Source: a bacterium (lineage in GTDB: Bacteria; UBP18; UBA7526). Taken from it: DNA of 64,000 nucleotides. Shown piece after piece: positions 1 to 11,020 of this stretch (its first letter is position 1; the number at the start of each line of letters is the position of its first letter). The position numbers and the translations under genes are program-made. The stretch covers positions 2,384 to 66,383 of the forward strand of contig JAUWYL010000003.1 of assembly GCA_030615855.1 (NCBI GenBank). The letters run 5' to 3'. The notes below the pieces were generated by a model that searched no databases, was not told the origin of the DNA, and saw only the letters and a list, made by a program, of their open reading frames with translations.

Positions 1-2
1 CC

Positions 3-518
3 CATGATAGGGTCTACCCCAGTAGTTGGCTCATCATACAAGACGATCTCTGGCTCCATGGCGATGGCCCGAGCCAGGCCTACCCTTTTCTTCATCCCTC
101 CAGAGAGTTCGGCCGGCTTGAGGCTCTCAATCCTCACCAGACCAACCAGCCCCAGCTTCTCGTTAACAATTCTTCTTGTCTCTTCTCTGCTCAAATTGGT
201 ATGCCTTCCCAACCCGAAGCCCACATTCTCTTCCACAGTCAGGGAATCGAAGAGGGCTGCCCCCTGGAAGAGCATACCAAACTTCTTTCTCACCTCATTC
301 AGTTTTCTCTCATCCAGCTTCGTTATATCGCGACCATCGATTAGTATCCTTCCCTTATCTGGCTTCAGGATGCCGATGATGTGCTTTAATAGGACGCTCT
401 TCCCACAGCCGCTTCTACCAATGATAACAAAGGTCTTTCCCTTCTCAATCTTAAGATTCACCCCTCTTAAAACCTTATTATCACCAAACGATTTGTGGAG
501 ATTTTCAATAACAATCAC
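3..518 (-). CDS. mlaF: ABC transporter ATP-binding protein, MlaF/Mkl type (truncated by window edge)
   Basis: Manual translation from GTG 518: MIVIENLHKSFGDNKVLRGVNLKIEKGKTFVIIGRSGCGKS (Walker A), later LSGGM and YDEPT; follows mlaE. Confidence 0.85.
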   Translation of the reverse strand, partial: MIVIENLHKSFGDNKVLRGVNLKIEKGKTFVIIGRSGCGKSVLLKHIIGILKPDKGRILIDGRDITKLDERKLNEVRKKFGMLFQGAALFDSLTVEENVGFGLGRHTNLSREETRRIVNEKLGLVGLVRIESLKPAELSGGMKKRVGLARAIAMEPEIVLYDEPTTGVDPIM

Positions 519-640
519 GACATCCTCGTTTCACTTAGAGTTTGTTAGTTTGTTAGCGCGCTCACTTCGTTCGCTTTAGTTGTTAGTTAAAGGATTTTAC
601 TAACTACTAAAGGGCGAAGCCCGTCCTAACTACTAACCAA

Positions 641-1411
641 CTAAAATAAGGCAGCGGTTAGAAAGTAATCGGCAGCCAAAATCATGACGCAGGAAGTAAC
701 CACTGAAATGGTAGTTGCTCTTCCTACGCCTTCTGCTCCTCCTTCCGTCTTGAATCCCTCATAACATCCGATAATGGTGATAATTGCTCCGAAGACAAAG
801 GCCTTTATCAAGGCAGAGGAGATATCATTCATGGTCAGGGCTTCTATGGTGCCATCTATATACTGTCGAGAGCCGATACCCAGTTTACGCACCCCGATGA
901 AATAGCCACCCGCAATGCCTATGGCATTGGCATAGATAGTAAGTATCGGGGTCATAATAACCCCAGCAATGAACCTGGGGACGACGAGGTACTTAATAGG
1001 GTTGGTGGCTAAGGTCTCTAAGGCGTCTATCTGTTCGGTAACCTTCATGGTCCCCAGCTCTGCGGTAATCCCTGCCCCTACCCTTCCGGCAAGCATTAAA
1101 GCGGTCAGGACCGGACCCAGTTCCCGGACCATGCCCAAGGCTACTCCTCCCGCTACAATACCCATGGTCTCAACGAACTTGGCCGCATGGCCTCCCTGAA
1201 GGGCAGAGACCATTCCAATACAGAGAGCAACCAGGCTCACCACAGGAAAGGATTTTATTCCAATCTCTATCATCTGATTGGTAATATTCTTAAGGCCCAG
1301 AGGTGGCCTCACCATCCAGACCAAGGTCCTGAAGAATAGGATGACCACCTCTCCCAGATGTCTCAAGATATAGGTCGTCCACTTGCCGATGAACTCAAAG
1401 AATCTTTTCAT
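641..1411 (-). CDS. mlaE: MlaE family ABC permease
   Basis: RELGPVLTALMLAGRVGAGITAELGTMKVTEQIDAL, GAEGVGRATT motifs. Confidence 0.92.
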   Translation of the reverse strand: MKRFFEFIGKWTTYILRHLGEVVILFFRTLVWMVRPPLGLKNITNQMIEIGIKSFPVVSLVALCIGMVSALQGGHAAKFVETMGIVAGGVALGMVRELGPVLTALMLAGRVGAGITAELGTMKVTEQIDALETLATNPIKYLVVPRFIAGVIMTPILTIYANAIGIAGGYFIGVRKLGIGSRQYIDGTIEALTMNDISSALIKAFVFGAIITIIGCYEGFKTEGGAEGVGRATTISVVTSCVMILAADYFLTAALF

Positions 1412-1550
1412 GCCTCACTTCCGTTCGGAGTGATCTGTGATCTGTGATCTGTGATCGGTTACTAAAGGTCACCAAGCAATCCGGCGAGCACCCCGACAGG
1501 TGTCGGGGGCGGGAGACCCGGATAGCCTTATTCTGTTCATTGTTCATTGT

Positions 1551-2675
1551 TCATTGTTCATTGAGATAGATGCGGGGGACCCTCTCTGCAATCCTGCAGA
1601 CTATCTCATGGGGAACGGTATCTACCTTCTTCGCTATCCCCTCAACAGAGACCCTCTCCTTCCCCTGCTCTCCTATTAGAACTACCTCGTCGCCTACCTT
1701 GACATCGGGAACTTCACCCACATCTATGATCGTCTGGTCCATACAGACCCTTCCCGCGATCCTTACTCTCTTACCCTTTATGATAACTTCTCCTTTATTT
1801 GAAAGGAGACGATTATAGCCATCCTCATACCCAATGGGAAGGATGGCGATGGTGGTGTTTTTATTCGTAACATAGGTCTTTCCGTAACTTATAGTAGCAC
1901 CTTTCTTAACCCTCTTGAGATATGTCACCTTACTCTTAAGGCTCATCACGGGATGGAGGTCCAGGGATCTTGAGACATATTCTGAAGGATAGATGCCATA
2001 GAGGGCGAGTCCGGGCCTTACCATATTGAAGTAGCTCTCTGGGAAGTTTAGGACCCCGGCTGAGTTTGCCGCATGCCTTAAGGGAATATCTGCTTTCTCT
2101 CCTTTCAGTTTTTCTAGAACCTCTTTAAACCTTCTTATCTGCTCTTTAGTAAAGCTTTTATCCTCTTCATCCGCTGTTGAGAAATGGGTAAAGATCCCCT
2201 CCACTTCCAGTTCGGGAATCTTTACCACCTCTTTAATTAACTTCAGGGCCCTCTGGTAAGGAACCCCGGTCCTCCCCATCCCAGTATCTACTTCAATGTG
2301 GATCTTGAGCCTTTTCTTCAACCTCTTACATTCTTCTGCTAAAGCAAGGGCGATCTCTTTGGTGCATATCGTTTGGGTAATATCCTTCTCTATGATCCCG
2401 GATGCTTTCTCAAGCATGGTGGGACCCAGGATGAGAATGGCTGATTCGATCTCTTCTTTACGAAGGAAGAAGGCCTCAAAGGGAGAGGTTACACCAAAGT
2501 AATTCACCCCTTCCTTCTCCAGGGCCCTTGAGATCTGGACCATCCCATGGCCATAACCTTGGGCCTTAACGATGGCCATGATTCCAACATCTGGGCCTAC
2601 TCTTTTCTTAATCTCCTTGAAGTTATGGACCAAGGCACCTAAATCAATCTCTGCCCAGGTGGATCGGCTGTCCAT
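1551..2675 (-). CDS. alr: Alanine racemase
   Basis: AIVKAQGYGHG PLP-lysine motif, DTGMGRTG, GRVCMDQ. Confidence 0.95.
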   Translation of the reverse strand: MDSRSTWAEIDLGALVHNFKEIKKRVGPDVGIMAIVKAQGYGHGMVQISRALEKEGVNYFGVTSPFEAFFLRKEEIESAILILGPTMLEKASGIIEKDITQTICTKEIALALAEECKRLKKRLKIHIEVDTGMGRTGVPYQRALKLIKEVVKIPELEVEGIFTHFSTADEEDKSFTKEQIRRFKEVLEKLKGEKADIPLRHAANSAGVLNFPESYFNMVRPGLALYGIYPSEYVSRSLDLHPVMSLKSKVTYLKRVKKGATISYGKTYVTNKNTTIAILPIGYEDGYNRLLSNKGEVIIKGKRVRIAGRVCMDQTIIDVGEVPDVKVGDEVVLIGEQGKERVSVEGIAKKVDTVPHEIVCRIAERVPRIYLNEQ

Positions 2676-2819
2676 TTTCCCTCACTCTGTTCGGGAGTTA
2701 ACAGTTTACCCGTCCCGACATCCGTCGGGACTGTTTACCGTTTACCGTAAACCGTTCCAGCCAGAGGCTGGTCCGCCTTTGGCGGAAACCGTAAACCCCA
2801 TCTTGCCTCGCTTATCAGA

Positions 2820-4181
2820 TCATTCTGCTCTCTTGGCTAAGTTCTCGAACTTGGTGTATTCCTTTATGAAAGCCAGTTGCAGTGTTCCAGTGGGACCGTT
2901 GCGCTGCTTTCCGATATTTATCTCTGCAATTCGCTGATCCGCTGGAATGTCCGGATTATAGAGTTCTTCCCTAAAAATAAAGGCCACCAGGTCGGCATCC
3001 TGTTCAATGGCGCCACTCTCTCTTAAATCAGAAAGGCGGGGTCGTGGATCTTGCCTCTGCTCTGACGCCCGGGATAATTGGGATAGAGCAACTACCGGGA
3101 CATTCAGCTCTCGGGCTAAAGACTTCAGAGATCTTGAGATCTCTGAGATCTCCTGTTGCCTGTTCTCTATTCTCCCTGAACCAGACATAAGTTGAAGATA
3201 GTCGACGATTATTAAACCGATATTATGTTCGGCTTTCAATCTTCTTGCCTTGGCCCTCACTTCCCAAACACTTATGGCTGGAGTATCGTCTATGAATATT
3301 GGCGCTTCGGCCAACCTTCCGGCAGCAATGGTCAATTTCGGCCAGTCGGATTCTGATAGATAACCGGTCCTCACCTTCTGGGCATCGACCCTTGCTTCAG
3401 AGCAGAGCATCCTCTGGACTAATTGATCCATTGACATCTCCAAGGAAAATATAGCAACCGGGATTTTCTCCTCCACCCCGGCCTTATGGGCGATCCCCAA
3501 GGCAAAGGAGGTCTTCCCCATACTGGGCCTTCCCGCAATGATTATTAATTCAGAACCATGCAATCCAGAGGTTTTCAGGTCAAACTCATTATAGCCGGTG
3601 GGAATGCCAGTGACATGCTCCTTCTTGGCATATAACTCCTCGATGGTCTGGAAACTATCCTTTATGATGTGCTTTAATAGTACGAAGTCCTGCCTTATCT
3701 TCTCCTGGGTAACGGAAAAGATTATCTTCTCCGCGCTGTCTACGATCCTGTCCACCTCTTCTGCGCTTTCAAAACTCAGATTCTTTATCTCATCACAAGC
3801 ATTAATCAGTCCCCTCAATATCGCCTTCTCTAATACGATCTTGGCGTAGTATTCCACATTAGCTGCCGTAGGAACGGAGTTTATCAGTTCTGTTAAGTAG
3901 GCTGCTCCCCCAATGGCCTCCAGGTCTCCCTTCCTCCTCAGTTCCTCAGTTATGGTCACCAGATCTGCTGGCTCATTCTTCATGAAGAGATCAATGATTG
4001 CCGAATAGATCTTCTTATGGGCTTCCTTATAGAAGGGCTCCTCATTCCCCAAAACCTCGATGCCCTTTCCAATGGCCTCCTTCTCAACGAGCATGGAGCC
4101 GATTACCGATTTCTCGGCCTCAATATTCTGGGGAGGAACCCTTGCCGTCAATTCCTCTTTTCGCATTATTTCTGCGCACAT
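2820..4181 (-). CDS. dnaB: Replicative DNA helicase
   Basis: PPQNIEAE, AGRPSMGKT, DYLQL, DLRESGAIEQDAD, KQRNGPTG; no intein. Confidence 0.97.
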   Translation of the reverse strand: MCAEIMRKEELTARVPPQNIEAEKSVIGSMLVEKEAIGKGIEVLGNEEPFYKEAHKKIYSAIIDLFMKNEPADLVTITEELRRKGDLEAIGGAAYLTELINSVPTAANVEYYAKIVLEKAILRGLINACDEIKNLSFESAEEVDRIVDSAEKIIFSVTQEKIRQDFVLLKHIIKDSFQTIEELYAKKEHVTGIPTGYNEFDLKTSGLHGSELIIIAGRPSMGKTSFALGIAHKAGVEEKIPVAIFSLEMSMDQLVQRMLCSEARVDAQKVRTGYLSESDWPKLTIAAGRLAEAPIFIDDTPAISVWEVRAKARRLKAEHNIGLIIVDYLQLMSGSGRIENRQQEISEISRSLKSLARELNVPVVALSQLSRASEQRQDPRPRLSDLRESGAIEQDADLVAFIFREELYNPDIPADQRIAEINIGKQRNGPTGTLQLAFIKEYTKFENLAKRAE

Positions 4182-4317
4182 CTCTTACCTCCTTTTATAC
4201 ACGGATTATCACGGATTGTTTACGGATTCGCACAGATTAAAAGTAAATTTTAACTTTTGGCTTCAGTGTCTCAGATTAGTTGTCAACTAACAGTATTTTA
4301 GCCAGTCAGACTATTTA

Positions 4318-4653
4318 TTATTTCTTTAAAGAGCGAAGTCTTAAGATTATTTTAACTAAAAGGTTTAGTTCACCGATAAGAATGAATAGGGTTCCTATGA
4401 AGCAGAGGAGATATCTTGTCTCCTCCTCCACCTCCCTCAGGTCCAGAGAGATGAGTCCGGAGATGAGGATGCCTGTTCCCAGAAGGAGAAAGATAGTCAT
4501 AAGGGAGTCGAAGAGTGTCCAACATCTGAGGAGTTCTATTCCCAGGGAGGCTGCTCCCCTACTCTTATAAAAGACCTTTAGAATAATTCCTATTATTCCC
4601 AAAAGGAGAAGACTGACTCCTCCAATAAGACCCCAGATCTGTGTTTCCGTCAC
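4318..4653 (-). CDS. Hypothetical small membrane protein (about 3 TM)
   Basis: Hydrophobic 111 aa ORF coupled to rplI stop. Confidence 0.6.
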   Translation of the reverse strand: MTETQIWGLIGGVSLLLLGIIGIILKVFYKSRGAASLGIELLRCWTLFDSLMTIFLLLGTGILISGLISLDLREVEEETRYLLCFIGTLFILIGELNLLVKIILRLRSLKK

Positions 4654-4656
4654 TAT

Positions 4657-5100
4657 CTATTCCTTTACCACCCAGACCTTTATCTTTGTCTCTACCTCAG
4701 GATGGAGTCTAATCAGGGCATGATAGATTCCCAAGGTCTTTATATTATCTACTAAGGATATATTTCTCTTATCGACATCTATTCCCTGGCTATCTAAGGC
4801 CCTCTTGATATCCAAAGGAGTGACCGAGCCGAATATCCGATCATCCTCTCCAGCCTTCACTTTCACAGTACAGGAGATATTTTCTAATTCTTTGGCTAAA
4901 GCAGCTGCCTTCTCTTTCTCCTTCTTCTTCGCTGCCTCTCTCATCCTCTTCTCATGTTCCAGAACCTTGAGGTTCTTGGGACTCGCCTCTAGGGCCAGGC
5001 CCTGTGGCATGAGAAAATTTCGGGCGTAGCCATCCTTTACTTCTATCACATCCCCAATATTTCCTAAATCCTCTATCTTTTCCTTTAAGATAATCCTCAT
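4657..5100 (-). CDS. rplI: 50S ribosomal protein L9
   Basis: MRIILKEKIEDLGNIGDVIEVKDGYARNFLMP; start set at ATG 5100. Confidence 0.96.
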   Translation of the reverse strand: MRIILKEKIEDLGNIGDVIEVKDGYARNFLMPQGLALEASPKNLKVLEHEKRMREAAKKKEKEKAAALAKELENISCTVKVKAGEDDRIFGSVTPLDIKRALDSQGIDVDKRNISLVDNIKTLGIYHALIRLHPEVETKIKVWVVKE

Positions 5101-5257
5101 TTTGACCTCACTATAATTAGTCAAAATAAAAACACCATTAGCTAAGAAGGTGGAATGTAGCTATCCTTAATCTATAGTGAACGATAGGGGAAGAGAAAGG
5201 AAGCAATGGTGGGATTCAAGAGGAAAAAGGAAGAGGAGTATGATGACAAAAACTTAT

Positions 5258-5527
5258 CTACTCGCCCTTAAAAGGTAATAGAGCAATACTCCTTGCCCTC
5301 TTGATTGCTCGGGCAAGCTCCCTCTGATGCCGGGCACAGTTTCCGGTAAACCTCCTGGGCTTTATCTTTCCTCGATCACTAATGTAATTCCTTAAAGTAG
5401 TGGCATCCTTATAATCGATTATCAGGTCTTTTCTGACGCAGAAGCGACAGGGCCTCTTCCTCCTAAAAAAGCGGGGACGAGCACCCCTTCTCGGTCGAAA
5501 TGCTCTCCCTCTTGCCTGATAAACCAT
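5258..5527 (-). CDS. rpsR: 30S ribosomal protein S18 (Zn-binding type)
   Basis: [26 protein letters not shown]. Confidence 0.96.
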   Translation of the reverse strand: MVYQARGRAFRPRRGARPRFFRRKRPCRFCVRKDLIIDYKDATTLRNYISDRGKIKPRRFTGNCARHQRELARAIKRARSIALLPFKGE

Positions 5528-5813
5528 TCTCTTTCCTCCTCTAACACGGATTTTTTCTTATTGCTTATTGTGTGGGTAGAAACCACGGATCAGCACGGAT
5601 TTAGGACAACGCGCTTCGCTTACCTCGTCTAAATAGGAACCTTTCGCTAATGCCCAAGAACCCTGTTTTATTCGCTCTGCTCAGAAAATGAGTCAAGTAA
5701 GTTGTCTCTTTTATTCGCTTCGCTCATAAAATAAAGAGTAAACAAGGTTCTGCCAAAAGCAGGTTCTTATTTATCCGTGTCTATCCGTGTTGTAATCCGT
5801 GTCTATCCGTGTC

Positions 5814-6233
5814 TTAAAAGGGGATTTCTTCCTCTCCTTCCTCTTCTTTAGGTAATGCTTCTTCTACTGCCTTTTCTTCAACTGCCTCTGCCCGAGGAGC
5901 AGCACTCAAGAAGTGAACCCGAAATGCTCTTATCTCAACAACACTTCTCTTCTGTCCCTCTGGTGTCTGCCAGGAGCGCTGCATCAGCCTTCCTTCCACT
6001 AAGACCGGGCTCCCCTTTTTCAAGTATTCACTGCAGACCTCTGCCTGCCTTGCCCAAGCGACGATACGTATGAAGCTTGTCTCTTCTTTCCACTCCCCGG
6101 ATTGATCGGGATATCTTCTGTTATTGGCAATGGAAAAGTTAGTTACCGCCTGTCCGCTGGGGGTATACCTCAATTCTGGATCGTGAGTTAGATTCCCAGA
6201 TATGAATACCCTATTTATATTGATTCTTGCCAT
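5814..6233 (-). CDS. ssb: Single-stranded DNA-binding protein
   Basis: NRVFISGNLTHDPELRYTPSG, acidic IPF C-terminus, rpsF-ssb-rpsR order. Confidence 0.96.
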   Translation of the reverse strand: MARININRVFISGNLTHDPELRYTPSGQAVTNFSIANNRRYPDQSGEWKEETSFIRIVAWARQAEVCSEYLKKGSPVLVEGRLMQRSWQTPEGQKRSVVEIRAFRVHFLSAAPRAEAVEEKAVEEALPKEEEGEEEIPF

Positions 6234-6294
6234 CTTTTATCTCCTTTCTTATGAAGAATCAATAGAGGGGGCAAGTGATAACGCGCCCTCACAT

Positions 6295-6675
6295 TTATTC
6301 TCGCCATCTCTCCCTCCCTCCTCTCCTTTCATATTCTTGAACTCTCGGTCTATATCTTTTCGGCTTCACCTTCTTTGGTTTTGGTTTTCGCTCCTCTATC
6401 CTCACGCTCAGGTATTTGATGATCTCCTCTATTGTTCTATAGCTCCTCTCCAGGCTTTCGATAACTGAGGGGCTAACCTCTAAATTCAAAAAGCAGTAGT
6501 ATCCCTCTTCACATCCCTTTATCGGGTAGGCTAACCTCCTCACCCCCCACTCATCGAGACCCAGAAGTTTTCCCCCACCTGAAGTTATTATTCCCTTTAA
6601 CTTCTCAATGAGTTCCTTCCTCTTCTCTTCTTTCAATTCGGGATTTATTACGAATATTGATTCATACCTGTTCAT
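6295..6675 (-). CDS. rpsF: 30S ribosomal protein S6
   Basis: MNRYESIFVINPEL, EWGVRRLAYPI. Confidence 0.96.
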   Translation of the reverse strand: MNRYESIFVINPELKEEKRKELIEKLKGIITSGGGKLLGLDEWGVRRLAYPIKGCEEGYYCFLNLEVSPSVIESLERSYRTIEEIIKYLSVRIEERKPKPKKVKPKRYRPRVQEYERRGGRERWRE

Positions 6676-6806
6676 AAGGCCTCTTTTCGGAGTAACCAGT
6701 AACCAGTTTACAGTTTTTGAAAGAAGTAACCAGTTACCAGTAACCAGTTCTTTACTGTAAACTGTTCGCTGGTTACTGTAAACCTCTATTCTACTATCTA
6801 TTCTTT

Positions 6807-6835
6807 ATGTTAGCACACTAAGACTATCTGGTCAA
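6807..6835 (-). promoter_or_regulatory. Putative sigma70 promoter for rpsF operon
   Basis: TTGACC-17 nt-TAACAT on minus strand. Confidence 0.5.
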
Positions 6836-7927
6836 GTGAAATTTAATGGTAATTATATCTCCCTCTGCTACTCTGTAATCTTTCCCTTCTATTTTCAAAA
6901 GACCCTTCTCCCTTGCTTGGGATAGGGAACCTATCTGAATCAAATCGGAGTAGTTGATCACCTCCGCTTTAATGAATCCCTTCTCCATATCTGAATGTAT
7001 TCTTCCCGCTGCTTCCCTGACGTTTCTCCCCCCTTCCAGAGTCCAAGCGCGAAGTTTCTTCCTCTCCAAGGTGAAGAAGGTAATAAGGCGTAGTAATCTA
7101 TAACTTTCTCTAATCAACTTCTCTAATCCTATCTCCCCTATTCCCAGCTCAGCTCGAAACTGGGCGCGCTCCTCCTCTGGTAGTTCCTGCATCTCAGACT
7201 CTAATTGAGCACAGATTCCTATTGCATTATACTTCTTCAAATCTTCTGGAACTTCCTCTTCCTCACCCAGATTGGCAACATAGAGGACCGGCTTCAGAGA
7301 GAGAAGATGGTATTCTTTCAAAACCTCTCTCTCTTTTTCATTTAATTCTGGTAGTTCTCCCTGCTTGAGCGATTCCCCCACCTTCTCAAGTAACCTAAGT
7401 TCTTCCTTTGCCTCAGGGTCCTTCTTTATTTTCTCTCTTCTTTTTTCAATGATCTCCAGATCCGCCAAGGCGAGTTCCAGATTGATGATCTCTATATCTT
7501 TTATCGGATTGAGGCCTCCGGCCTGGGCTCCGCCCCAAGAGGGGCTCTGTCCCGGTGGGAGGGGCCTCTGGCCTGGAAGGTCGGGAGTGATGTGGGCAAT
7601 ATTGGGATCCGGGAAGCACCTCACGATATGGACTATGGCCTCCACTTCCCTTATCTTTGCTAAGAACCGATTTCCCAGTCCTTGCCCCTTGCTCGCTCCT
7701 TCAACCAATCCCGCGATATCCAAGAACTTAATGGTGGTTGGGGTCACCTCGGATGCCTCAATGAGCTCTTTTAACTTCGCCAATCTCTCATCCGGGACCT
7801 CCACCACCCCGATATTGGGCTCTATGGTAGTGAAGGGATATCTCTCAACCTTAGCATGTCCCCTGGTTAGGGCATTGAATAGGGTTGTCTTCCCCACATT
7901 GGGAAGTCCCACGATTCCGATCTGCAA
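6824..7927 (-). CDS. ychF: Obg-family ATPase YchF, with an in-frame repeat insertion
   Basis: GIVGLPNVGKTT, YPFTTIEPN, GASKGQGLGNRFL, TGS domain; probable TTG start at 7927. Confidence 0.93.
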   Translation of the reverse strand: MQIGIVGLPNVGKTTLFNALTRGHAKVERYPFTTIEPNIGVVEVPDERLAKLKELIEASEVTPTTIKFLDIAGLVEGASKGQGLGNRFLAKIREVEAIVHIVRCFPDPNIAHITPDLPGQRPLPPGQSPSWGGAQAGGLNPIKDIEIINLELALADLEIIEKRREKIKKDPEAKEELRLLEKVGESLKQGELPELNEKEREVLKEYHLLSLKPVLYVANLGEEEEVPEDLKKYNAIGICAQLESEMQELPEEERAQFRAELGIGEIGLEKLIRESYRLLRLITFFTLERKKLRAWTLEGGRNVREAAGRIHSDMEKGFIKAEVINYSDLIQIGSLSQAREKGLLKIEGKDYRVAEGDIITIKFHLTR

Positions 7928-8319
7928 GATAAGCCTCACTTCGTTCGGCAAGACGCAGATTCAGACAGATGTCTGCGGATTCAAACGGATAATTCGTCGA
8001 AAAGGAGTTTTCCGTCTGCATTCGCCACAATCCGTTTGCATCCTTTTTCAAAAATTAATATAAATAAAAATTGGCCAAGAGGCCGATGAGACAGGATACT
8101 AGGTGATTAGGAGATTAGGATTTGGAAACTGGGATATTTGGATATTAGGAACGCCTTTGTCCCCAATCCCCTAGTCCCCTAATCATCCATCCTCCGTAGC
8201 AGTTGCACTGCTACTGCGGAGGACGGGCCAAATCCCAGTCTCCCAGTCACCCAATCTCCTAAATTTACTAATCCACCTAATTATTCTGTTCACCGTTCAC
8301 TGATCACCGATCACCGGAA

Positions 8320-10383
8320 TTAGAATATCCTCTCAACCAGTGCCATAAGGTGCTCATTGAGAAATAGGATAACGGGCGAGAAGACCAGGGAGACAATGGC
8401 CATGAGCTTCAATAGAATGTTCAAAGAGGGTCCGGCGGTATCCTTGAAGGGATCCCCTACCGTATCCCCGATAATAGAATCCTTATGGACTTGAGAACCC
8501 TTTCCTCCCAAGTTTCCTTCCTCAATGTACTTCTTGGCATTGTCCCAGGCACCACCAGTATTGGCGAGCATGATGGCCAAAGGGACACCGGTCACTAAGG
8601 AACCGATTAGAAACCCGCCCAGGGTCTCCACTCCCAAAAGGATGCCAATTATGAAGGGGATGATGACCGCCATGATCCCGGGAACAATCATCTCCCTTAG
8701 AGCGCCCCGGGTAGTGATGTCTACGCATTTATAGGAGTCAGGCATCACCTTCCCTTCCATGAGGCCTTTTATCTCCTTAAACTGCCTCCTCACCTCCTCC
8801 ACCACCTTATGAGCCGTCCTCCCCACGGCCTGCATGGTCATTGAGCAGAAAAGAAAAGGAACCACTCCCCCTATAAATAATCCGGCAACCACCTTTGCCT
8901 TGAGGCAGTCGATGAGGGTGAGGTTCACTACTTTAGAATAAGCGACGAACAAGGCAAGAGCAGTCAGGGCAGCGGAACCGATGGCGAATCCCTTTCCAAT
9001 GGCAGCCGTGGTATTCCCCACGGCATCCAGCCTCTCCGCCCTCTTTCTCACCTCTGGCCCCATACCAGCCATCTCGGCAATCCCGGCCGCATTATCGGCA
9101 ATGGGACCATAGGCATCGACCGCCACGGTCATTCCCGTTATGGATAACATGCCAATGGCAGATAAGGCGACTCCGAAGATCCCTTCTAACCAGTAAGCGA
9201 TAATGGTCGCCAGGCCAATGGCCACCATGGGAAGGGCAGTAGATCTCATCCCTATCGCCAATCCTTGAATGATATTGGTTGCCGGACCAGTAGTCGTTGC
9301 CTGGGCGATCTGACGCACCGCTTTTCCAGAGGTGAAATACTCTGCAGTGAATCCCACAACGAGACCAGCTACCAGACCGGCTAAAACACTGAAAAAGGTA
9401 TTGAATATTTTCCAGGATTCGTTATACCAGTAAGTAGTCAGAATGAAGGCCCCAATTATCAAGGCCAGGGCGCTCGATACCATACCGTTGCGCAGTGCTC
9501 TCTGAGGATCCTGGCCCTCCTTCATTCTCACGAAGAATACTCCAATAATGGAAGCGAGGATTCCCCAGCCAGCCAATAGCAGAGCAAGCATCATCCCCTT
9601 GGTATTGAGTGCTGCAGCAGCGATGATTAGACAGGCGATGATGGCCCCCACATAGGACTCATATAGATCAGCGCCCATGCCCGCCACATCTCCCACATTG
9701 TCGCCCACATTATCGGCAATGACTGCGGGATTCCGGGGGTCGTCCTCTGGTATTCCTCTCTCAACCTTTCCCACCAGATCAGCACCAACATCCGCAGCCT
9801 TAGTGAAGATTCCCCCTCCCACCCTGGCGAATAAGGCCACCAGGGAAGCGCCCATAGAAAATCCCACGATGAGTGAAGTAGCCTCTATGATTCTATTCGA
9901 TAATTCCATCTCTCCTTTACCAATGAAGAGTAGAAAGACCAGGGAGAGGCCTAATAGGCCAAGGGAAACCACAGAGAGGCCCATCACCGCTCCTCCGGGA
10001 AAGGCGATGGAAAGCGCCTCGTTGAAGCTCTTCTTCGCTCCCTGGGCAGTACGGGCATTGGACTTGGTGGCGATCTGCATCCCAAAGTAGCCAGCCAAAA
10101 GGGAGAAGAAGGCGCCCACTAAGAAGGCCAAAGCGGTCTTCTTCGCCACAGCGAAGAAAAGGATTAAGGCGATAGCCAGGATGAAGAAGGCGATCGCCTT
10201 ATACTCTCGATATAAAAAAGCCATGGCTCCCCGATGAATGCTATCCGAGATCTGAACCATCCTCTCACTTCCCGCATCCTTCCTCAGGATTCTTCGGGAG
10301 AGAATGAGAACGAAGAAGAGACCCACTATCCCACAAGCCAGGGCAGCTATTAAAGATGTTAAATCACCGAATATCGGAATCAT
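8320..10383 (-). CDS. hppA: Membrane-bound cation-translocating pyrophosphatase (K+-dependent signature)
   Basis: [36 protein letters not shown]. Confidence 0.95.
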   Translation of the reverse strand: MIPIFGDLTSLIAALACGIVGLFFVLILSRRILRKDAGSERMVQISDSIHRGAMAFLYREYKAIAFFILAIALILFFAVAKKTALAFLVGAFFSLLAGYFGMQIATKSNARTAQGAKKSFNEALSIAFPGGAVMGLSVVSLGLLGLSLVFLLFIGKGEMELSNRIIEATSLIVGFSMGASLVALFARVGGGIFTKAADVGADLVGKVERGIPEDDPRNPAVIADNVGDNVGDVAGMGADLYESYVGAIIACLIIAAAALNTKGMMLALLLAGWGILASIIGVFFVRMKEGQDPQRALRNGMVSSALALIIGAFILTTYWYNESWKIFNTFFSVLAGLVAGLVVGFTAEYFTSGKAVRQIAQATTTGPATNIIQGLAIGMRSTALPMVAIGLATIIAYWLEGIFGVALSAIGMLSITGMTVAVDAYGPIADNAAGIAEMAGMGPEVRKRAERLDAVGNTTAAIGKGFAIGSAALTALALFVAYSKVVNLTLIDCLKAKVVAGLFIGGVVPFLFCSMTMQAVGRTAHKVVEEVRRQFKEIKGLMEGKVMPDSYKCVDITTRGALREMIVPGIMAVIIPFIIGILLGVETLGGFLIGSLVTGVPLAIMLANTGGAWDNAKKYIEEGNLGGKGSQVHKDSIIGDTVGDPFKDTAGPSLNILLKLMAIVSLVFSPVILFLNEHLMALVERIF

Positions 10384-10450
10384 CTCTCCCTCCCTTCGGT
10401 CGGAGTGATCTGTGATCAGTGATCGGTGATCTGTATTTTTTGTTCACGGT

Positions 10451-11020
10451 TCATGGTTCACTGACATTATATTTATTCATAGCGGGGATAATTCCTTCTT
10501 TCACAAGAAGGATCAGAGCCTCCCCTGCTCTATCTATCGCTTTTTTAACTAATAAATTTTCTTCTCTTGTAAAATTCTTAAGGACGTAATCTTTAGGATC
10601 TATTCTTTGAGAAGGCCTTCCAATCCCTATGCGCAAGCGAGGAAATTCATTACTTTTTAAATATCGAATTATGGATTCCAAGCCTTTATGGCCGCCAGAT
10701 GTACCTTTTTTCCTTATTCTTATTCTTCCTAAAGGAAGGTCGATGTCATCACAGACAATGATCAGATTCTTCAAAGGAATCTTCAGGCCTCTAACTAAGG
10801 AGGCCGCTGCCACTCCAGAGTTATTCATAAAGGTCAGGGGTTGGGCAAGAACGATCCTTTTCCTTCCTATCCTTCCCCTTCCCATAAGGGATTTATATCT
10901 TTTGGTCTTTAAGTCGACCTTTAGTCTTCTGGCCAGGGAATCGAGGACCCGGAAGCCTAAGTTGTGACGACTCTTCAGATATCTCTTCCCCGGATTCCCC
11001 AGGCCGAGGAAGAGAATCAT
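10451..11020 (-). CDS. pth: Peptidyl-tRNA hydrolase
   Basis: GLGNPG, RHNLGF, GGHKGL, RLRIGIGRP. Confidence 0.96.
   Translation of the reverse strand: MILFLGLGNPGKRYLKSRHNLGFRVLDSLARRLKVDLKTKRYKSLMGRGRIGRKRIVLAQPLTFMNNSGVAAASLVRGLKIPLKNLIIVCDDIDLPLGRIRIRKKGTSGGHKGLESIIRYLKSNEFPRLRIGIGRPSQRIDPKDYVLKNFTREENLLVKKAIDRAGEALILLVKEGIIPAMNKYNVSEP

Noticed and set aside
2820..4181. Intein in DnaB
   Set aside because: Normal length with contiguous motifs
5125..5257. Remnant of DUF2232/YybS between rpsR and rplI
   Set aside because: Position fits but no convincing residual motif
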